Positions 29,704 through 40,369 of a stretch of DNA of 50,587 bases are shown here, one piece after another. This DNA is from Flavobacteriales bacterium (GTDB lineage: Bacteria > Bacteroidota > Bacteroidia > Flavobacteriales > BACL11): assembly GCA_018664745.1 (NCBI GenBank), contig JABJNS010000065.1, forward strand, positions 1 through 50,587, written 5' to 3'. Position 1 is the first letter of the stretch; every line of letters starts with the position of its first letter. The translations under genes and the position numbers were made by a program. The notes beneath the pieces were generated by a model. It did not search any database and was not told where the DNA came from. It worked only from the letters and a program-made list of their open reading frames with translations.

Positions 29704-31137
29704 ATGAAAATTAAAGAAATTCTTCTTTCAGAAGGAAAAGAACAAGAAATTAGTATCAAAGGTTGGGTGAGAACTAGGAGAGGGAGCAAGCATGTTTCTT
29801 TTATTGCTTTGAATGATGGGTCAACAATAAATAACATTCAAGTTGTTGCTGAGGCTACTGATTTTGATGAAGAATTAATCAAACAAGTTACTACAGGATC
29901 TTGCATTAGTGTAAAGGGTAAATTAGTAGCTTCCAAAGGAAGTGGACAAGCAGTAGAAATTCTTGCCAACTCAATTGAAGTTTTAGGGGGGGCTGATACA
30001 GATGAGTATCCACTACAACCGAAAAAACATAGCTTAGAATTTTTAAGAGAAAAGGCACATTTACGTTTCAGAACCAATACTTTTTCAGCAGTATTTAGGT
30101 TAAGACATGCCTTGACTTTTGCTGTACATAAATTCTTTAATGATAAAGGATTTTTCAACTTACACACACCAATTATCACAGGTGCTGATGCTGAAGGGGC
30201 AGGAGAAATATTTCAAGTAACGAACCTTGATTTGGAAAACTTACCAAAAACAGAAGAAGGAAAAATTGATTTTGCAGCAGACTTTTTTGGAAGCAGAACA
30301 AACCTTACCGTTTCAGGACAATTGGAAGCTGAGCTAGGTGCTTTAGCGCTTGGGCAGGTTTATACTTTCGGACCAACATTTAGAGCCGAAAACTCAAATA
30401 CCTCTAGACATTTATCAGAATTTTGGATGATAGAACCTGAGGTTGCTTTTGCTGATTTGGAACAAAATATGGACTTAGCAGAAGAATTTTTAAAGTATTG
30501 CATCCAATATTGTATGGATCATAATACAGAAGATTTAAAATTCTTGGACAGTAGAATGGCTGATGAAGAAAGTAAATTAAAAAAGGAAGAACGCTCAGAA
30601 ATGGGCCTATTAGAACGATTACAATTTGTTATTGAAAATAATTTTGAACGCTTAACTTATCGTGAAGCAATAGATGTTTTAAGAAATTCAAAACCTAATA
30701 AGAAAAAGAAATTCCAATACCCAATTACTGGTTTTGGAGACGATTTACAATCGGAACACGAGCGTTATTTAGTAGAAAAAAAATATAAGAAACCTGTTAT
30801 TATTACGGATTATCCTAAAGGGATAAAAGCATTTTATATGCGTATGAATGAGGACAATGAAACCGTTAGAGCAATGGATATTCTATTCCCAACTATTGGA
30901 GAGATTGTAGGGGGATCACAAAGAGAGGAACGCTTGGATAAATTACAAGCAAGAATGGAAGAAATGGAGATTTGCAAAGATGAGTTATGGTGGTACTTGG
31001 AAACTAGAAAATACGGTACTTGTACCCATAGTGGATTTGGTTTAGGTTTTGAACGCTTAATCATGTTTGTTACAGGAATGAAAAATATTAGAGATGTAAT
31101 TCCTTTCCCAAGAACACCACAAAATGCTGAATTTTAA
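29704..31137 (+). CDS. asnS: Asparagine--tRNA ligase
   Basis: [41 protein letters not shown]. Confidence 0.97.
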   Translation: MKIKEILLSEGKEQEISIKGWVRTRRGSKHVSFIALNDGSTINNIQVVAEATDFDEELIKQVTTGSCISVKGKLVASKGSGQAVEILANSIEVLGGADTDEYPLQPKKHSLEFLREKAHLRFRTNTFSAVFRLRHALTFAVHKFFNDKGFFNLHTPIITGADAEGAGEIFQVTNLDLENLPKTEEGKIDFAADFFGSRTNLTVSGQLEAELGALALGQVYTFGPTFRAENSNTSRHLSEFWMIEPEVAFADLEQNMDLAEEFLKYCIQYCMDHNTEDLKFLDSRMADEESKLKKEERSEMGLLERLQFVIENNFERLTYREAIDVLRNSKPNKKKKFQYPITGFGDDLQSEHERYLVEKKYKKPVIITDYPKGIKAFYMRMNEDNETVRAMDILFPTIGEIVGGSQREERLDKLQARMEEMEICKDELWWYLETRKYGTCTHSGFGLGFERLIMFVTGMKNIRDVIPFPRTPQNAEF

Positions 31138-31140
31138 TAG

Positions 31141-32460
31141 ATGAACAAACAAAGGTTACAGCAAAAGCAGTACCAAAACCTAAGCCCTCAACAGATACAA
31201 TTCTTAGGGCTTTTGCAAATACCTATTGTCGCTTTAGAAAAACGGATTGAAGAAGAACTAGAAGATAATCCAGCACTAGAAGAAGATGAACAAGAAGAAG
31301 TAATCCTTTCCGAAAGAAGTTTCCAGCAACAAAATACAAATGACTTTCAATTTCAAATTGAAGATAAATCAGAAAGTTTAAGCGATTACTTAAATCAACA
31401 ATTAATTGCAATTGATATAGATTCAAATCAGCAATTTTTAGTTAACTACCTAATCAATAGCCTTGATAATAACGGTTTTTTACATAGAGATTTACACGCT
31501 ATAACTAGTGATTTACTCGTTAATAATAACCTTGATATTAGTGAGCTTGAATTAAGTAATGCTCTGATAATTTTACAACAATTAGAACCTTTTGGAGTTG
31601 GAGCTCAAAATCTACAAGAATGCTTGTTGATACAGCTAAAAACTTTGCACCCTGAAAAACACCTTGAACAAAAGATTATTAGGGATTATTATACACCTTT
31701 TAGCAATAAGAATTTTGAATACTTATCCAAACATCTTGAAGTTAATTTTGAAACGCTTAAAAAGGCTTATTCTACAATTGAATCCCTTAACCCAATACCA
31801 GGTAATGGATTTTCCAAAAGTGCAAATACCACAACTTATATTTATCCTGATTTTACGGTAACTATAGTGGATGGAAAGCTAGAAACAGTACTCAATAAAA
31901 GTAATGTAAAACCTATTAAGGTAAGCCAATATTATCAGAATATGCTTAAAGAAACTGAGGATAGTGCTACTAAAAAATTCTTAACTGAAAAAGTAGAAAA
32001 AGCAACTTGGTTTCAAAGCGCAATTAAAAAGAGAAATGAAACACTAAAAAATGTTTTCTCAGCTATTTTAACTATTCAAGAAAGGTATTTCTTATCAGGA
32101 AATGAAAAAGATTTAAAACCTATGAAACTAGCCGATATTGCTCAAGTAATTAATATGGATATTTCCACTATTTCAAGGGTAAGTAACTCAAAATATGTAG
32201 CTACTCATTTTGGTACTTTTAAGCTAAAAGAAATTTTTTCAGAGGCGTATAGAAAAGATAATGGAGAACTTATTTCTACAAAAGAAATAAAAAGTAAACT
32301 GCAAGAAATTATAGCATCAGAAGATAAGATAAACCCATTTACAGATGAACAATTAGCTGAATTGTTAGGGAAAGAAGAATATCATATCGCAAGAAGAACA
32401 GTGGCAAAATACCGAGAAAATTTAGGTCTACAAACCGCAAAACTAAGACGAGAATTGTAA
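31141..32460 (+). CDS. rpoN: RNA polymerase sigma-54 factor
   Basis: Q-rich region I, E...NP.LE, STISR, RpoN box ARRTVAKYRE. Confidence 0.96.
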   Translation: MNKQRLQQKQYQNLSPQQIQFLGLLQIPIVALEKRIEEELEDNPALEEDEQEEVILSERSFQQQNTNDFQFQIEDKSESLSDYLNQQLIAIDIDSNQQFLVNYLINSLDNNGFLHRDLHAITSDLLVNNNLDISELELSNALIILQQLEPFGVGAQNLQECLLIQLKTLHPEKHLEQKIIRDYYTPFSNKNFEYLSKHLEVNFETLKKAYSTIESLNPIPGNGFSKSANTTTYIYPDFTVTIVDGKLETVLNKSNVKPIKVSQYYQNMLKETEDSATKKFLTEKVEKATWFQSAIKKRNETLKNVFSAILTIQERYFLSGNEKDLKPMKLADIAQVINMDISTISRVSNSKYVATHFGTFKLKEIFSEAYRKDNGELISTKEIKSKLQEIIASEDKINPFTDEQLAELLGKEEYHIARRTVAKYRENLGLQTAKLRREL

Positions 32461-33062
32461 TGAAATTATCAAAATTTATCTCCATAGTTCTGCACCCTAT
32501 TTTCATGCCGTTATTTGCATTCTACCTAACGCTAAAAAGCAATCCTGCATTAGGAATTATAATAAACCCATACCTGAATTATGTTTATGGAGTTGTTATT
32601 AGCTGCACTATCTTACTTCCTTTATTGACTATCTTTTTTTTAATAAAAAATGGAAAAGTAAACTCTCTTGAAATGAGCAATCATAAAGAACGGACATTAC
32701 CTCTTTTCAGAACTGTTATTTGGATGTGCTTAGGACTTTATATCTTAAATAATATTTTGCTTTACACACCTATTTTAAAAGCTGAATTTATTGGGGCAAT
32801 ACTTATTATCCTACTTGCAGCTATCATCTCAAAATTTTGGAAAATAAGCCTACACTTACTTGGAATAGGAGGGGTGGTTGGTGTTTTTATAGCCCTTCAA
32901 ATAATGTTTGGTGGTGTACTATACATGCTCCTTATCTTTATAGTCCTTTCAGGAATATTAGGAGTTGCGCGAATAGATCAAAAAGCACATAATCATGCTC
33001 AAATATATATAGGGTTTTTATTAGGAGTTTGTATTGAGCTAATAACAATTTTAGTGTACTAA
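32460..33062 (+). CDS. Conserved membrane protein with PAP2-like motifs
   Basis: Multiple TM helices, S..LHP..MP, ER..P, KISLH..G.GG, R....AH...Q...G; TAATG coupling to rpoN. Confidence 0.65.
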   Translation: MKLSKFISIVLHPIFMPLFAFYLTLKSNPALGIIINPYLNYVYGVVISCTILLPLLTIFFLIKNGKVNSLEMSNHKERTLPLFRTVIWMCLGLYILNNILLYTPILKAEFIGAILIILLAAIISKFWKISLHLLGIGGVVGVFIALQIMFGGVLYMLLIFIVLSGILGVARIDQKAHNHAQIYIGFLLGVCIELITILVY

Positions 33063-34466
33063 TTTTATATCTACAATCTCAATCCTACGCTCCAATACTG
33101 CCGCTAAACTATAAATTGATTTTAGCCTATCATTAGGGTCATCACTTACTTTTTTAGTAGCTTTACTTTCCCCAAAAGGCAATTCAATAATCTGGAAAAA
33201 ATCATCTTTAATATATGCAGTAAATATTCCACCTTCATATTGTTCTGCATAATTTATAAAACTCTTAATTCTCCTTTTAGAAAGGTTAATATTATACTGT
33301 TTTTTGTGTAGCGGACTTGCATAACCTTTAATCAGTAATTGTATTGTTTTTCCTTCTTTTAAATCTGAAAGAATGTGCGAAAAGATAATGGATAGTTTAT
33401 TAAAATTTCCCTGTAAGCTATCTTCAAAAAAAGAAGCTAAATTTGGGGTATAGTTATTGTAGTCATCTTCCATTTTAAAATAAGAAATATAAGAATCCTT
33501 ATAGGTTTTATCTGTAGAGATACTCATTGTGCAGCAATCTGGCTCATCATTGTGGAAATACAACTTTAAAGGCAAGTATTTAGCAGAAAGTAATATATTT
33601 TCTAATTCTTCAATTTCAGGTTTTTCAAGCTCAAAAGAAAAGATATCATTACAACAAAATTCTTCAGTATTATATAATGCACCTTTACGGTTAGATGCTA
33701 AATAACCGTTTGTTTCATCATAAAAGTTAAGGTACATTTCATCTTGTTTGGAATTGAATTGCATAGCACTTATTGGTTTTTCCCACAGATTTAACTTTCC
33801 TTCAACTTTGTAAATATCAAATCCTCCTAAACCTCCTTTTTTATTGGATGAAAAATAAAGCAGGTTTTCCTTTTGGTTGAAAAAAGGAGTGATTTCATCT
33901 GCAGAAGTATTAACCATTTTTCCTGCATTAATGGGTAAACCAAAATTTCCTTGCTTATCAATTATACTCAGCCAGATATCCATACCTCCAAAACCTCCTT
34001 TCCTATCAGACACAAAATACATGATATTTTGTTGCTTGTGTTGGGTGAGGTGAGGTTGAGTATTGGATGAATTCACTTGGTTTATATTGCTATTTAAGTC
34101 TTCCGTTTTTTGTTTTTCATAATCTCTGAAAGCAATTTTACAATTCCCGTTTTCATCACAGATACTAAAGTAAAAAAATGGATTATTTTTTGGAAAATGA
34201 ATATTAGCGGTGGAATAGGAATCTCCTAAATTAATATACTTTCCTTTTTTCCACTTCCCATCCTTAAATTGGCTTGAAAAAATGGCAGACTGATACTGCT
34301 CTTCTTCCAAAGTTGAGGAGGTATAGTAAGCAGTATTTTCATCAATTTGAACAAAATTAAGCTCGGAACCATAACCATTAACATTTTCAGAAATATGTTC
34401 AAATTTAATGCTTTGTGCAAGCACTAAAAAAGGAAAGAGCAGTATTATAGATAAAATAAATTTCAT
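33051..34466 (-). CDS. PD40/WD40-like propeller plus atypical OmpA-like domain protein (PorE-like)
   Basis: YF.SDR.GG.GG.DIW repeats, NT..DE.TPF, YN..LS.RR, ERRIEI; TAATG coupling to porP. Confidence 0.75.
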   Translation of the reverse strand: MKFILSIILLFPFLVLAQSIKFEHISENVNGYGSELNFVQIDENTAYYTSSTLEEEQYQSAIFSSQFKDGKWKKGKYINLGDSYSTANIHFPKNNPFFYFSICDENGNCKIAFRDYEKQKTEDLNSNINQVNSSNTQPHLTQHKQQNIMYFVSDRKGGFGGMDIWLSIIDKQGNFGLPINAGKMVNTSADEITPFFNQKENLLYFSSNKKGGLGGFDIYKVEGKLNLWEKPISAMQFNSKQDEMYLNFYDETNGYLASNRKGALYNTEEFCCNDIFSFELEKPEIEELENILLSAKYLPLKLYFHNDEPDCCTMSISTDKTYKDSYISYFKMEDDYNNYTPNLASFFEDSLQGNFNKLSIIFSHILSDLKEGKTIQLLIKGYASPLHKKQYNINLSKRRIKSFINYAEQYEGGIFTAYIKDDFFQIIELPFGESKATKKVSDDPNDRLKSIYSLAAVLERRIEIVDIKLVH

Positions 34467-35416
34467 TATAAGTATTTTGGGCATATTTCCTGTTCAACAA
34501 TTTTTTTCTTTTTCTTGCTTTTCCACTGGTACACCAATACAAATTCAAATCCACCTTTGTTATTACTTGCATTGGTCAAACTAGAGGTATTTACATCATA
34601 ACTCACCACACAAGAAAAGCCCTCAATTTCAGCTCCAAAATAAAGAATAAGGGCATCATTAAGCCGGTCAGCAATTCCTGATTTTAAGAGTATGTCTTGC
34701 TCCCCTTCCAATAAATAATTTACATCACAACCCAATAAAAATTCTTTGTCGGCATCCTGATTAGAAAATACTAATTTGGGTTGAATGTTCAAATTATCGG
34801 TATAGGCATAATTAAGTGCCGTGTGAATATTCATTTTTTGCTGCAAGCGAATAGCATCATTATCCGTTAAAGATTGTTTGGGTTTATTAATATGGTAAAA
34901 AGCAATACCGCTTTCCAGTATTACCTGTTTGTTTAGCGTATGAAAATTAGCAATTCCAATGGATACATCAGGGAAAATAAAATTAAGATTGCTAAAGTTT
35001 TCAGGGTCGTTAAATACTAAATCATCAAACTCAATTGACCTCTGAAAAATACCCAATCCTGCTCCAAAGCTAAATAAGTTATCAGCAGTTGCCACTACTT
35101 TTTTAGCATATCCAAGGTTAATTCCTGTTGTCTTAAAACGAGAATCCCCTGCAATATCATTCAGGAATTGTACCCCAATATTATGGCTAGGGAGTATATC
35201 TTTTCGTTCCAAGGAAAAGCTAAGTGTGTTAAAGGGAACACTCACACTTGCCCATTGTGATTTTCTTTGTAGGATTGCTTTGTAGTCGTTATTTTGTGCT
35301 CCCACCAAAGCTGGATTCAGCAAAAAAGAAGAAACTTTAAATTGTGAAAAATGCACATCCTGAGCCCAAGTGTTTACACCAAAAAATAAAACTAATATGA
35401 AGGCAATATTTCTCAT
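34466..35416 (-). CDS. PorP/SprF-family T9SS outer-membrane protein
   Basis: AQD.HFSQF....LNPA..G, QW, ND.AG, HIN.P, SYDVN.S.L...GGFE. Confidence 0.92.
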   Translation of the reverse strand: MRNIAFILVLFFGVNTWAQDVHFSQFKVSSFLLNPALVGAQNNDYKAILQRKSQWASVSVPFNTLSFSLERKDILPSHNIGVQFLNDIAGDSRFKTTGINLGYAKKVVATADNLFSFGAGLGIFQRSIEFDDLVFNDPENFSNLNFIFPDVSIGIANFHTLNKQVILESGIAFYHINKPKQSLTDNDAIRLQQKMNIHTALNYAYTDNLNIQPKLVFSNQDADKEFLLGCDVNYLLEGEQDILLKSGIADRLNDALILYFGAEIEGFSCVVSYDVNTSSLTNASNNKGGFEFVLVYQWKSKKKKKIVEQEICPKYL

Positions 35417-38400
35417 CTGATAAGCGTGATATTTCCTTTTTTGAAAAGCTGCTTATTCCCAATACATTTCAGTTCCAAGTAAAAATCAAATACTTGAGGG
35501 TTGAGTTTTTTCCCAAGATAAGTACCATCCCACTTTTCAAACTTATCAGTTGTTGTAAATACTTTTTGCCCCAAACGGTTAAATATCTCTAACCTAAAAT
35601 CCGTAATAATACCAGCAATATCCTCTATATAATAAGTATCATTTACCTCATCTTCATTCGGACTAAATGCAGTTGGAACAACAATACTATCTTCATTGCA
35701 AAATACATCCAACACTTCAATACAGATACTGTCCCTAATAGTACAATTGTGAATATTATACACCTCAGCAACATAGCACTCCTCTTGAATTGGGCTAATT
35801 TCAATTCTATTTGCTGTTGAGGAAAGCGTTAACCAAGTAAAATTATTAGCTGTCTCAATATTCAAATAAGTTGTTTCTCCCCTGAAAATTGTATCCTCAT
35901 CCAACCATACAGCATCCAAAATTGGATTGTCATAAATATTGACAAATACTGAATCTTTCATGATGCAACCATCCGTATTTACTACCTCAACAGAATACCA
36001 ATCAGAGGTATCGGTATAGTCAAAAATACTTGCAGAATCAGTAGCATAAATTACATCAGCAGGATTCCAAGAATAAGAAATTAAAGGAACGCTAGGATTC
36101 AAGTTATTTACTTTTAGGAAAACACTATCCCCTTTACATAACTCTAAATCTCCAATCAGATTTATATTTATACTTTCCATTTGCACCTCAACACTATCTA
36201 CTTGCTCACAGATGCTATCAGAAACTTTTACATAAAACATGGCTACACTAGCAACTATTAAGCTATCAGTTAGGCTTAATGTATCTGTAAAACTAGCATT
36301 GGAGGACCATAATACATTTGATGCTCCACTATAATTTGCAAATAGTTTTATAGGAATATTACAATAGGAAGTATCCTCACCTGCATCTAGTAAAAAATCA
36401 GGAACTACTATTTGTTGTAACAAGGTGTCGGTACAACTTCCATTAGATATTAGTAATTGATAACTAATACTACTAGGTGAATTGCAAAAAGGATTAGAAA
36501 CATTTGCACTACTTAAATTAGTAGAAGGAAACCAAAAATAAGTAATGGTTGGGTCGTTTACAGGAAGTAAGCCAATTTGAATTTGATCTTCTTCACATTT
36601 TACAATACTGGCAATTGTGTCAGATGAGTTGGCAAGTATGTACACTTGCTTAGTGATGGTATCCGAAACATTACACGCTCCAGGAGCAGTGGCAATTAAA
36701 GTAACTGTATAATTCCCTGCTTGATTGTAATTGTGTGTTGGATGTTCCAAGGTAGAAGTTGTAGCATCTCCAAAATCCCACTGATAAGTAATTGGTGAAT
36801 TGGAACTGCTTAAATTCTGAAAACTAACATTGGTATCGCAACCCACCCAATCCGCATTAAAATCAGCAATAACCATTGGGAAATCAAAGTTGAACTTAAA
36901 CACTCCATTATTACAATTTGGGCTGTTATTGGTTGGTGAAACTGCCCCAGGATTTGGCTCTATCGGAAAGTCAGAATTACCACCACAACCTGCACAAACA
37001 GATTGATAAATAATTCCTTTTTTGTCAAAGCGGCTTGTTCCTCCATCAACATGCTCGGCACTTTGGCTTCCTCCAAAATAAGTAGCATATTGCATTCCTG
37101 ATAAAGCATCATCAAGTACCATTAAATAAAAATCATTACCATCAGTTGCCGTTTGAAAAGCAGAACTACTCACAGGTAAATTAAGAGTGGATAGTGGTCC
37201 TCCTGCTGTACCTGAACCCCACCCTGAAAGATAAATTTTATCACAAACATCTACTAAAAAAGCAGTTGGCGAAATATCAGGAGTACCTTTTCCTGTACCT
37301 ACTACAGTTGATCGCAAAACACTGGACAAATTATCGTTAAATACAGCAACAAACTGCCCCGCTCCAGCTTGTGAATAACCAACATTCTGCACTAAAGTTT
37401 GCCCTGTTGCTTTTGTTTGTCCAAATAAATAAACTGCATTAGTACTTCCTACTTCTACAAAATAAGATTGGTCGTATTGTTCTGACCCATAATAAGAAGA
37501 GGAGAGGAGTTGTGTCCCCTCAGAATTAATCAAACTGATAAATGCATCTGCACGAACAGAATCCTGATGCACAGTTTGATAAGCATTTGCAGTTATTGGA
37601 AAATCAGCAGATGTAGTTCCTCCCGTTATATAAATATTATCATTTTTATCTAAGGCTAAGGAATAAATTCCATCATCAGCACTACCGCCCAAATAAGAAC
37701 TCCAAATAATAGAAGTAAGCTGATTATCCATTTTAACAATACAGCCTTCCTGCCCGCCATTATTTGTGTTTTGAAAACCAGTTGTAATTGGAAAATCAGA
37801 AGATTGAGTACAAGTAGCAATATAAATATTGTTGTTTTTATCAATATCAATTTCCCCTCTTACCTCATCCGCATAATTGAATTTTAACCTAGATGCTGTA
37901 TTCAAACCATCATTATCCGTACCCCCTACAAAAGTAGAGGCTAGTAGGTTTCCTCCATTAGTACTTAAGCGTGAAACAAAAATATCCGAACCATTAGGGA
38001 AGCCAACCCCAATACCTGAAGGAGCAAAAAATGGACCGCCTTTAAAAGTGGTTTGATAAGCTGATAAAGTAGTTGGAAAATCAGCCGAACCAGTAGTACC
38101 AAATATAAATAATTCATCAGCACTATTTACAATCATACTGTGAGGTAATTCATCTTTTGTACCACCCAAATAAGTAGAATAAATTCTAATTGTTCCGCTA
38201 GTATCGTACTTAGTTATTGCAACATCTGTTCCTCCAGCAGCATTAGCATAATTAAGTTGATAAGCACCTATTGTAGTTGGATAACCTACTCCAAAAGAAG
38301 TACTACCACTATACAAAAATCCAAAATTATCATAAGTAGCGGTATATCCAAAATTATCAGTTGTGGAGCCAGAATAAGTTGAAAATTCCAAAATTGGATC

Positions 38401-39105
38401 AATAACTAAAGGAAAATTTCTGTTGTAATCACCTGGAAAATCAAACGATAGAATATTTCTTTTTAGCTTATAATTACATAAAACCTCAACCTCAACTCCA
38501 TCTATAATTTGATAAGCGTAAGGTTTGTATTCAAGTGTGCTATTTACGGATGTTTTTACAAGTAAATTTCCATTATCAATAGTAAGGTTACTTGCTCCAT
38601 CATAGCGCAATTTAATTGCTTTTTCATTGCTATTTTTAGCAAGGTGCAACTCATATTTAAACTTATCCTCATTCACATAAAAATGCAAATCAATGCCGTC
38701 ATAAATATTTTGTTGAACTTGCTTCTTATAGGACTTAACCTCTGAAACCCAAGTAGACTTTTCACCCAAATAATAGTTCTCAAAAAATTTACTTTCACCT
38801 TCAAGTTTAGTTATAATCCTTGTATTTGCATTCAAAAATGAAACAGAATAGGCGTGTGAATTTACAATATTACTAGTAACAAATCCATCATGGATATTTG
38901 CTAATTGTTTGCCATCATAAAAAGCATATATGAGTTTTGCCTGCTCAATGAACAAGACTCCAGAAGGAAGATTGGTTTTAGAAAGGACAGTTTTTGGAAA
39001 TTGTCCTTTATTTTCAATAAAAGGATTTTGTGCGCTAGCCAAAAAAAAGAACATAACAAAGAGGGTACTAAATAACTGCTTTAATATGCTTTCTTTAGGT
39101 GTCAT
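35413..39105 (-). CDS. Large T9SS type B cargo (SBBP-like propeller repeats, PKD domain, gliding-motility-associated C-terminal domain)
   Basis: F.ENKGQ, LVIDP.L.FSTY.G, repeated STYLGG/G.T.S.DFP, EHVDGGTSRFD, WDFGD, C-terminal PTAFSPN.D..ND..IFNR.G..WDG..GNITLIR. Confidence 0.88.
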   Translation of the reverse strand: MTPKESILKQLFSTLFVMFFFLASAQNPFIENKGQFPKTVLSKTNLPSGVLFIEQAKLIYAFYDGKQLANIHDGFVTSNIVNSHAYSVSFLNANTRIITKLEGESKFFENYYLGEKSTWVSEVKSYKKQVQQNIYDGIDLHFYVNEDKFKYELHLAKNSNEKAIKLRYDGASNLTIDNGNLLVKTSVNSTLEYKPYAYQIIDGVEVEVLCNYKLKRNILSFDFPGDYNRNFPLVIDPILEFSTYSGSTTDNFGYTATYDNFGFLYSGSTSFGVGYPTTIGAYQLNYANAAGGTDVAITKYDTSGTIRIYSTYLGGTKDELPHSMIVNSADELFIFGTTGSADFPTTLSAYQTTFKGGPFFAPSGIGVGFPNGSDIFVSRLSTNGGNLLASTFVGGTDNDGLNTASRLKFNYADEVRGEIDIDKNNNIYIATCTQSSDFPITTGFQNTNNGGQEGCIVKMDNQLTSIIWSSYLGGSADDGIYSLALDKNDNIYITGGTTSADFPITANAYQTVHQDSVRADAFISLINSEGTQLLSSSYYGSEQYDQSYFVEVGSTNAVYLFGQTKATGQTLVQNVGYSQAGAGQFVAVFNDNLSSVLRSTVVGTGKGTPDISPTAFLVDVCDKIYLSGWGSGTAGGPLSTLNLPVSSSAFQTATDGNDFYLMVLDDALSGMQYATYFGGSQSAEHVDGGTSRFDKKGIIYQSVCAGCGGNSDFPIEPNPGAVSPTNNSPNCNNGVFKFNFDFPMVIADFNADWVGCDTNVSFQNLSSSNSPITYQWDFGDATTSTLEHPTHNYNQAGNYTVTLIATAPGACNVSDTITKQVYILANSSDTIASIVKCEEDQIQIGLLPVNDPTITYFWFPSTNLSSANVSNPFCNSPSSISYQLLISNGSCTDTLLQQIVVPDFLLDAGEDTSYCNIPIKLFANYSGASNVLWSSNASFTDTLSLTDSLIVASVAMFYVKVSDSICEQVDSVEVQMESININLIGDLELCKGDSVFLKVNNLNPSVPLISYSWNPADVIYATDSASIFDYTDTSDWYSVEVVNTDGCIMKDSVFVNIYDNPILDAVWLDEDTIFRGETTYLNIETANNFTWLTLSSTANRIEISPIQEECYVAEVYNIHNCTIRDSICIEVLDVFCNEDSIVVPTAFSPNEDEVNDTYYIEDIAGIITDFRLEIFNRLGQKVFTTTDKFEKWDGTYLGKKLNPQVFDFYLELKCIGNKQLFKKGNITLIR

Positions 39106-39112
39106 TACATTT

Positions 39113-40330
39113 TTAATTCATCAGAATTTGCATTAAACTATCTTTTGCTAACATGTAAGTATCTCTATTTTCTTTTTTGATAGGATCTCCAGGTGGTAAT
39201 TTTTGTTTGAAAGGATCAACCTGTTTTCCATCTTTCCAAAAACGATAACAAACATGAGGGCCAGTTGCTAAACCAGTACTACCTACATAACCAATAATAT
39301 CACCTTGCTTTACATATACACCTTTTCTTATTCCAGGTTTTATTTTTGACATATGTAAATACTGTGTTGTGTAGGTTCCATTATGTCTTACTTTTACATA
39401 GTTTCCATTGTTCTTGGTGTAAGTTGCTGCAATAATTGTTCCGTTTGCAGTAGACCAAATAGGTGTTCCTCTTTCTGCAGCATAATCTGTACCAAAATGC
39501 CCTTTCCACCTACCTGTTACAGGGTGCTTTCTTCTTTTACTATAGCGAGATGAAATACGCTTATAATCAACTGGAGCCATTAAGAAAGCCTTCCTTAAAG
39601 TTTTTCCTTCCTCATCATAATAATCTCCAAAATTCTCATTTTCTTTGTAATAAAATGAATAGAAATCTTGTCCTTTATGCGTAAATTCTGCTGCTAATAT
39701 TCTACCAATACCAATATAATTTCCATCAATGTACTTATCTTCATAATACACTCTAAAACCATCTCCTTTTTGGATTTTAAAAAAGTCAATCGTCCAAGCA
39801 TAAATAGTTGAAAGCTCAGCTGTTAATTTTGGACTTAGCTTTTGCTCTTCCATAGTCATCCATAAAGATGATTTTATTGTTCCTGAAGCTGTTTTTAACT
39901 TTACTGTTACTGGTTTTTTTCCTTTATAAACATCAATTTCACTTCTTAAATCAAATACAACATAGTTGGTTGCATCAATTTCATAGATAAAATATTGTGC
40001 CTTTTCAGTAGAATCAGTAGCACAAATAACGGTATAATTTTTCCCAGCATTTACTCGTCTCACATCAAAAATACCTTTTGATTTCTGAACAATTTTATTT
40101 AACTCAGGGTGGTCAATATGATTCAAATAAAGGATCTCCCCCATAGTTTGTCCACTTTTTACAACCCCTTTTGTTACCTGAAATGAGTCTACTAGGATGT
40201 CATACTCATAAGAAGGCTCAACTATTTCTTCAACCTGCTCAACTACTACTTCCTTTTTTTCTGTGTTTATGTTAGATAACATAAATAGTAATGCAGTACC
40301 CATTACTAGTATTCCAAACCATTTTTTCAT
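39113..40330 (-). CDS. M23-family peptidoglycan DD-endopeptidase (MepM-like)
   Basis: N-terminal anchor, H.GTDYAA (HxxxD), YLH (HxH-type), G.VG.TGLATGPH. Confidence 0.9.
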   Translation of the reverse strand: MKKWFGILVMGTALLFMLSNINTEKKEVVVEQVEEIVEPSYEYDILVDSFQVTKGVVKSGQTMGEILYLNHIDHPELNKIVQKSKGIFDVRRVNAGKNYTVICATDSTEKAQYFIYEIDATNYVVFDLRSEIDVYKGKKPVTVKLKTASGTIKSSLWMTMEEQKLSPKLTAELSTIYAWTIDFFKIQKGDGFRVYYEDKYIDGNYIGIGRILAAEFTHKGQDFYSFYYKENENFGDYYDEEGKTLRKAFLMAPVDYKRISSRYSKRRKHPVTGRWKGHFGTDYAAERGTPIWSTANGTIIAATYTKNNGNYVKVRHNGTYTTQYLHMSKIKPGIRKGVYVKQGDIIGYVGSTGLATGPHVCYRFWKDGKQVDPFKQKLPPGDPIKKENRDTYMLAKDSLMQILMN

Positions 40331-40369
40331 ACCGCTAATTTACTCCTTTAAATTATTCTGTAATGTTAA

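Noticed and set aside
29986..29992. G7 run in asnS as a phase-variable tract
   Set aside because: Short and inside a housekeeping synthetase; more useful as a background control.
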